Shown: positions 60,901 to 64,000 of the stretch, one piece after another
Layout of the letters: each line of letters opens with the position of its first letter
Numbering within the stretch: position 1 is the first letter of the stretch
Program-made: the position numbers and the translations under genes
The notes under the pieces: generated by a model
The model's input: only the letters and a program-made list of their open reading frames with translations
Told to the model about the DNA's origin: nothing
Database searches by the model: none
From: Oscillospiraceae bacterium
Lineage (GTDB): Bacteria; Bacillota; Clostridia; Oscillospirales; Oscillospiraceae
Direction of reading: 5' to 3'
Assembly: GCA_015067495.1 (NCBI GenBank)
Contig: SVMI01000005.1
Span: 41,599 to 105,598, forward strand
DNA: 64,000 bases

Positions 60901-61823
60901 ACGGCTGCTGCACGATCAAGGCGATCTTGGACGGCAAGCATGTGTCCGAACCCGTTGACTGCTCTGGTCTGCCGGAAGGCACCATCGAGGTTCCCTTCGG
61001 TGAGGTGGAGCTGGAAGCCGGCGTGCACACCATCAGAATGGAAATTGTTGGCAAGGGTCAGGACGAGGATTACGCAGACGGTTGGTATTTGATCAATGCA
61101 GTAGGCATCACGATGATGCGCGTTGGCGTTGAGATTCCTCCGGCAGATGATGTTGTGGTGACCGAGATCATCGACAATGCAGAAGCCCTTGCAGGCATGC
61201 TCAACTACAAGGACAACAAGTTTGACTTCCTGATGTGGAACCGCACCGCTGGCACTGCTACCGCGGGTCTGCTGAACACCGATGCTCAGCAGGCATCTGT
61301 TCTGGGTCTGATCGAAGGCATCATCACCGAAGGCTTCGCCGCTACCAATGCGACTACCATGACTTATGACGGTAAGGTTCTGTTCCTTGCTGAGAAGAAG
61401 CTCAATATCGTTGCATCCGGCAACGGCTGGCAGATCATCTCTGATGAGGCACAGACCGTTCAGCTGACCGCTGTTGAGAGCGAGTACGACTATGTGGTCA
61501 CCGTCAACGGCGAGGAAGTGGAAACCAAGATCGAAAACGGTGTTCTCACCGTGGCGGTCGAGGCAGGGGAGACCACGGTTGCGGTGGTCGTTGAGGAACC
61601 TGAGGTTACCGATCCCACGGATCCCACCGATCCTGATGCAACCGATCCCACCGAGCCTGATGCGACCGATCCCACCGTCGCTCCCACTGAGCCTGTTGTC
61701 GATAACGATGGCGACAATGATGCTGCCTTGTGGATCGTCATTGCAATCATTGTTGTTCTGCTTGCAGGTGCTGCCACCGGCATCCTGCTGTTCCTGAAGA
61801 AGCGCAAGACAACTGCAGAATAA
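54945..61823 (+). CDS. Multimodular heparinase II/III-like polysaccharide lyase with seven CBM-like modules and a C-terminal membrane anchor
   Basis: Signal peptide; 7 beta-sandwich modules; YPRIFFT and ALAYIMTG..YADRA alpha-barrel; GHNHYDQNSIQF and HSTILVDG motifs; CBM6/35-like insert; TM helix + KKRK. Confidence 0.78.
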   Translation: MNKHLSNTLSKGAGKKMLRSVAILLCLSLVLGLLPIGILSTPASVNAVPSEDAANLITNGDFAEGTSSWGGAAAGKVAVVDGTVQVTPAGSPVCLNQTVEISAGETYELTLKFKWESANKKPYAGLWFFKDTTANANCLEIAKVDIADQTGDWVTVKVKGVAPEGANLLQIQIGNNSGVDGTYRLDDVVLVKSNVVVVFSESFTTYAEDNLPGSGPKGWELSETGTGNHTFITCYGYSQYSGKATMTLQSKAATAKTPAFDVTPGQTYTAEYSIYKLGAKTGGYAAFVFEDAQGAVVSNEQKSVGSATEWTVHSLSVVAPANAAKAYLIFGITESGDDFGVAELLVTAAGNAPESTEPSTEATEPSTEATEPSTEATEPSTEATEPSTEATEPSEPADSAVVFSDNFTVYAVEGKVGSGPKDWVLSETGEGDHSTITCRAYFGRPSLTLQSFAATAQTPAFAVVEGMTYAVTFEGYKHVAGEQTGAYVALTFVDAEGNVLLTEQQAAGLTPSAWAPESLEAIAPAAAVKAYVTFGMSANADSFSVSDLVVTQLSATPDETEPSEPEDTEPSTEATEPSTEATEPSTEATEPSEPVDSDYVFEDDFTTFAVSGSVGSGPKDWVLSETGTGDHTAITCRAYFGRPSLTLQVQAATAQTPAFNVVAGKAYVVSFEGYKHIAGKQNGGYISLTFVDAAGNVLITERQAAGIKAAAWAAESLAAIAPDGAVEAYITFGIAANADSFSVSDLKVAEMDSIPEPTEPEETEPTTEGTEPPHNDELVNGDFEASETEIPGWSFSKGSAIPVIYPGEGIDGSNALKFTNENKMSEMTSELFPVEGGKIYDLIVWNRLDPEVTPSTRFATYVYWYDRYGNLIQQDSAGAINSTNDWAKFIGTVTAPEDAAFAAVRFYVSGNNCTLVAYIDNVSLTLSDYTPVDPNVFEVINGGFEKEIANWKLGATDGVTHEVVSDGAYDGKSLLITATAVGDVKALINFSQVLTLPDAKAIELSVMAKSLKGGAAGPYIGLWFYDAEGNLVPPSTAFSIQIATSEKWEKYSLIQAVPEGAVTVKIEFGNPSGKVLAYMIDDVKAEVYTGPEENIKPATPQKPSSVGSGTGEIVDISKLNGSVEILDANGYPLGWRLLGDAVTYEVLQPADAPDGKNVIQMTKDVSGGNAMHSPRIAVTPGETYELKVMVKDIVGRCIISLNVFDINGKRLDDACRSVNSLGTGKWQMYSLLAAMPENAAGIVLEVWNGMNTNYTCQVDKLRIQVSDIKTKPTYQPTPYEYPTIEELTENLTDVYPRIFFTPEEAKEIKLTRFNMLKTKYGWTWNDQYNALLESADAVLTLKAGDKLTVRSNTGKMIQMNFMEDVNSQRHRDIYLANSFDEEGNPYEIPYTGFGALVTTQYATMMKNCALAYIMTGKNIYADRAIEIAMTVAGWEGWTDEYWVSSYGVSADASHAWMMEGMVAVFDMCHDRMTEAQIKKLERSIIDEGLVPLAGQVSTTSLANSNMMMIGGVLSGCAVILNEENAEEIKPYLDAALLCVHNALDNFAYSGTIEGHYYTDFGLQTLMPGVGHIYRATKLEGIIDHPFLSEILPYWTIMWGANVTGSHPNYSDASVATYMQIPLGVLSKLTHDPLIDGFLINAGGVGSAFNNLIYLKPDPKPEYLSDYAAVIENFGYGALRTGFADDDMLLTLKANDSQSGHNHYDQNSIQFSVGPNWLITDPGSGSYYSADRSFWTHNGHSTILVDGNSQMIKGLSSTKLVFNNSLYSYIVGSAEKAYGADYDSRMLEKFDRHAIQVNHEDKGYYVIIDDLLSVKPREYTWQMYNGARNTFSVDDVEVPKETTAMGNKVSVPMGKNVLNLNFIDSEKLTIGDRIYSGGFCLGATSAATKAHQFMTVISTDSNMLSLDINFFDILNGMRSTVPERIAEGEISWSSSMPVGQEIVKPNAVGITSSIFYRGNGIGDWLEVPFTVEEGGVFDFDLIMGVSDGCCTIKAILDGKHVSEPVDCSGLPEGTIEVPFGEVELEAGVHTIRMEIVGKGQDEDYADGWYLINAVGITMMRVGVEIPPADDVVVTEIIDNAEALAGMLNYKDNKFDFLMWNRTAGTATAGLLNTDAQQASVLGLIEGIITEGFAATNATTMTYDGKVLFLAEKKLNIVASGNGWQIISDEAQTVQLTAVESEYDYVVTVNGEEVETKIENGVLTVAVEAGETTVAVVVEEPEVTDPTDPTDPDATDPTEPDATDPTVAPTEPVVDNDGDNDAALWIVIAIIVVLLAGAATGILLFLKKRKTTAE
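56010..56126 (+). repeat. 21-bp tandem repeat (5.5 copies) encoding a TEPSTEA linker
   Basis: ACCGAACCCTC(C/T)AC(C/G)GA(A/G)GCA units at 21-bp spacing. Confidence 0.9.
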
Positions 61824-61838
61824 TCCTATCACCCCATA

Positions 61839-61870
61839 AATAAGGGCACCGCACATGCGGTGTCCTTATT
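61839..61870 (+). terminator. Terminator of the lyase gene
   Basis: AATAAGGGCACCGC-ACAT-GCGGTGTCCTTATT. Confidence 0.8.
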
Positions 61871-61983
61871 TGCTGAAATTCACGTTTTTTGCAAAAAACA
61901 TCTTGAAAAAAGAGGAGGGTCATGCTACAATCGTTTTAGCTATCTGCTATGCGATAGAAATATTTTTTGAGGGGTTTGTAATT

Positions 61984-64000
61984 ATGAGAACATTCGCAAC
62001 CGAATCCGGCAAGCGCGTGCTTCGCAGACTGGCATGGCTTCTGTGCCTGTCTCTGATCATCGGTCTGCTGCCTATGGGTATTCTGAGCGCACCTGCTCAG
62101 GCAAATGCGGTTTCTGATTCCAATGGCTTCTATGCCTACATGAACCAGAACAGTGTGGGTCAGAAGCTGTACTTCACCGGCGCAATGAGCGGTTACTATC
62201 TCGCAACCAGCGAGAATGTCGCTGATGCAGTCGTGATGTACAAGGAAGAAGCTGCTAACGGCTTCAAGCTGTACTTCATGAACGGCAGCACCAAGACCTA
62301 CATCAACCTGACCGACCGCGGCAGCGGCAAGGCAGGCGTGGAGCTGTCCACCAGCAACGCAGCAGTCTTCACTATGGATGCTGAGCTGGACATCATGGTC
62401 ACCGAGGTTGCCGGCAACCTGTTCTGGCTGGGTACCTACGGCACCTACAAGACCTTCAGCGCCTCTTCCATTTCCTACATCAACGCATCCAAGAAGGACG
62501 TTTCTCAGTTCCCCATGTATCTGGAAGCTGTTGAAGCTGAGGAAGAACCCTCCGAGACTCCCAGCGAGACTCCTTCTGAGACTCCCAGCGAGACTCCCTC
62601 CGAGACTCCCAGCGAGCCTGCCGTTGAAGCGAATGGCTTCTACGCTTATATGAACCAGAACAGTGTAGGTCAGAAGCTGTACTTCACCGGCGCAATGAGC
62701 GGTTACTATCTCGCAACCAGCGAGAATGTCGCTGATGCAGTCGTGATGTACAAGGAAGAAGCTGCTAACGGCTTCAAGCTGTACTTCATGAACGGCAGCA
62801 CCAAGACCTACATCAACCTGACCGACCGCGGCAGCGGCAAGGCTAATGTGGAGCTGTCCACCAGCAACGCAGCAGTCTTCACCATGGACGCTGAGCTGGA
62901 CATCATGGTCACCGAGGTTGCCGGCAACCTGTTCTGGCTGGGTACCTACGGCACCTACAAGACCTTCAGCGCATCTTCCATTTCCTACATCAATGCATCC
63001 AAGAAGGACGTTTCTCAGTTCCCCATGTATCTGGAAGCTGTTGAAGCTGAGGAAGAACCCTCCGAGACTCCCTCCGAGACTCCCAGTGAGACTCCCTCCG
63101 AGCCTGTTGAGGGCAATAGCACTGTCAACGTCGTGATCGGCGATTACGCAGTTGCAAACGGCTGGGAAAATTCCAATCCCTACCTCTCTCTTGTGATGAA
63201 TGACGTTATCTCTGTCGCTGTTTCCGGCGGTCAGAATACCGGCAAGTACTACACCAACGGCAACAACTGGAGAATCTACCAGAGCGAGGATCCCAGCGTT
63301 GTGATCTCCGCAGCAGAGGGTACCATCGTCTCTGTCAAGATCACCTATGCTTCTCAGAATACCGGCTGCCTGACTCTCAACGGTGCGAACGTTGCATCTG
63401 ATGAGGTTGTCAATGTGAACGCAGCTTCTGTTACCTTCAGCGTCGGCAATACCGGCGACGCAACCAACGGTCAGGCTCGCATCACTGCGATCGAAGTGGT
63501 TTACTCCGCCGACGCAGCCGGCGAGCAGCCCTCTGAGACTCCCAGCGAGACTCCTTCCGAGACTCCCTCCGAGACTCCCAGTGAGACTCCCAGTGAGACT
63601 CCCTCTGAGACTCCCAGTGAGACTCCCTCCGAGCCTGTTGAGGGCAATAGCACTGTCAACGTCGTGATCGGCGATTACGCAGCTGCAAACGGTTGGGAAA
63701 ATTCCAATCCCTACCTCTCTCTTGTGATGAATGACGTTATCTCTGTCGCTGTTTCCGGCGGTCAGAATACCGGTAAGTACTACACCAACGGCAACAACTG
63801 GAGAATCTACCAGAGCGAGGATCCCAGCGTTGTGATCTCCGCAGCAGAGGGTACCATCGTCTCTGTCAAGATCACCTATGCTTCTCAGAATACCGGCTGC
63901 CTGACTCTCAACGGTGCGAACGTTGCATCTGATGAGGTTGTCAATGTGAACGCAGCTTCTGTTACCTTCAGCGTCGGCAATACCGGCGACGCAACCAACG
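61984..64000 (+). CDS. Large secreted repeat protein, N-terminal part (runs off the window end)
   Basis: Not in the ORF track. MRTFATESGKRVLRRLAWLLCLSLIIGLLPMGILSAPAQANAV, then domain A x2 and domain B x2 separated by ETPS linkers; TTGAAA-17-TACAAT promoter. Confidence 0.85.
   Translation, partial: MRTFATESGKRVLRRLAWLLCLSLIIGLLPMGILSAPAQANAVSDSNGFYAYMNQNSVGQKLYFTGAMSGYYLATSENVADAVVMYKEEAANGFKLYFMNGSTKTYINLTDRGSGKAGVELSTSNAAVFTMDAELDIMVTEVAGNLFWLGTYGTYKTFSASSISYINASKKDVSQFPMYLEAVEAEEEPSETPSETPSETPSETPSETPSEPAVEANGFYAYMNQNSVGQKLYFTGAMSGYYLATSENVADAVVMYKEEAANGFKLYFMNGSTKTYINLTDRGSGKANVELSTSNAAVFTMDAELDIMVTEVAGNLFWLGTYGTYKTFSASSISYINASKKDVSQFPMYLEAVEAEEEPSETPSETPSETPSEPVEGNSTVNVVIGDYAVANGWENSNPYLSLVMNDVISVAVSGGQNTGKYYTNGNNWRIYQSEDPSVVISAAEGTIVSVKITYASQNTGCLTLNGANVASDEVVNVNAASVTFSVGNTGDATNGQARITAIEVVYSADAAGEQPSETPSETPSETPSETPSETPSETPSETPSETPSEPVEGNSTVNVVIGDYAAANGWENSNPYLSLVMNDVISVAVSGGQNTGKYYTNGNNWRIYQSEDPSVVISAAEGTIVSVKITYASQNTGCLTLNGANVASDEVVNVNAASVTFSVGNTGDATN
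62122..64000 (+). repeat. Intragenic duplications: domain A (about 62122-62560 and 62632-63070), domain B (about 63100-63510 and 63631 onward), and 12-bp GAGACTCCC(AG/TC)N arrays
   Basis: Near-identical nucleotide copies at 510-bp and 531-bp periods. Confidence 0.9.

Noticed and set aside
56244-61856. 1870-aa antisense ORF (also 50177-53890, 3391-6669, 12376-13950, 30912-32885, 35813-37711, 13987-15606 and many shorter ones)
   Set aside because: They lie opposite clearly recognisable genes, have no RBS or motifs, and are explained by codon bias: the sense genes rarely use TTA/CTA/TCA, so the mirror frame lacks stops.
56010-63630. Regular 21-bp and 12-bp repeats as a possible CRISPR array
   Set aside because: Head-to-tail, in frame, inside CDSs and encoding TEPSTEA/ETPS linkers; no unique spacers and no cas genes.

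Overview
Chromosomal window from a moderately GC-rich, probably spore-forming Clostridia genome. Gene content and style suggest an Oscillospiraceae/Ruminococcaceae-like gut or rumen organism (inference). The housekeeping backbone has a second type II topoisomerase pair (parE/parC-like), asnS, an mreB paralogue, comF, recD2, a complete F1Fo ATP synthase operon with a Na+-type c subunit, rodA/ftsW, an M18 aminopeptidase, coaE, sua5, tpiA, pgk, trmL and aspS, plus tRNA-Gly, -Lys, -Gln and -Leu. Four things stand out. (1) An AT-rich 4.7 kb tyrosine-integrase element (40552-45277) splits the host tRNA-Leu(CAA) in its anticodon loop, carries a different intact tRNA-Leu(CAA), and encodes a HicA / C-terminally extended HicB / SecB-like triplet resembling a toxin-antitoxin-chaperone system. 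(2) A four-stem structured element lies behind both tRNA-Gly and tRNA-Lys; its closing stem is built from the 3' end of the adjacent tRNA and its core hairpin shows a compensatory change. (3) From 50.2 kb, three very large secreted modular proteins share a signal peptide: an 8-module carbohydrate-binding-like protein, a heparinase II/III-like lyase with 7 such modules, and a truncated repeat protein. (4) Smaller items include a hairpin array, GTAG-type REPs and a 26-aa ORF with a strong RBS. No CRISPR array or rRNA is present. All family assignments come from motif recognition by eye, not database searches.
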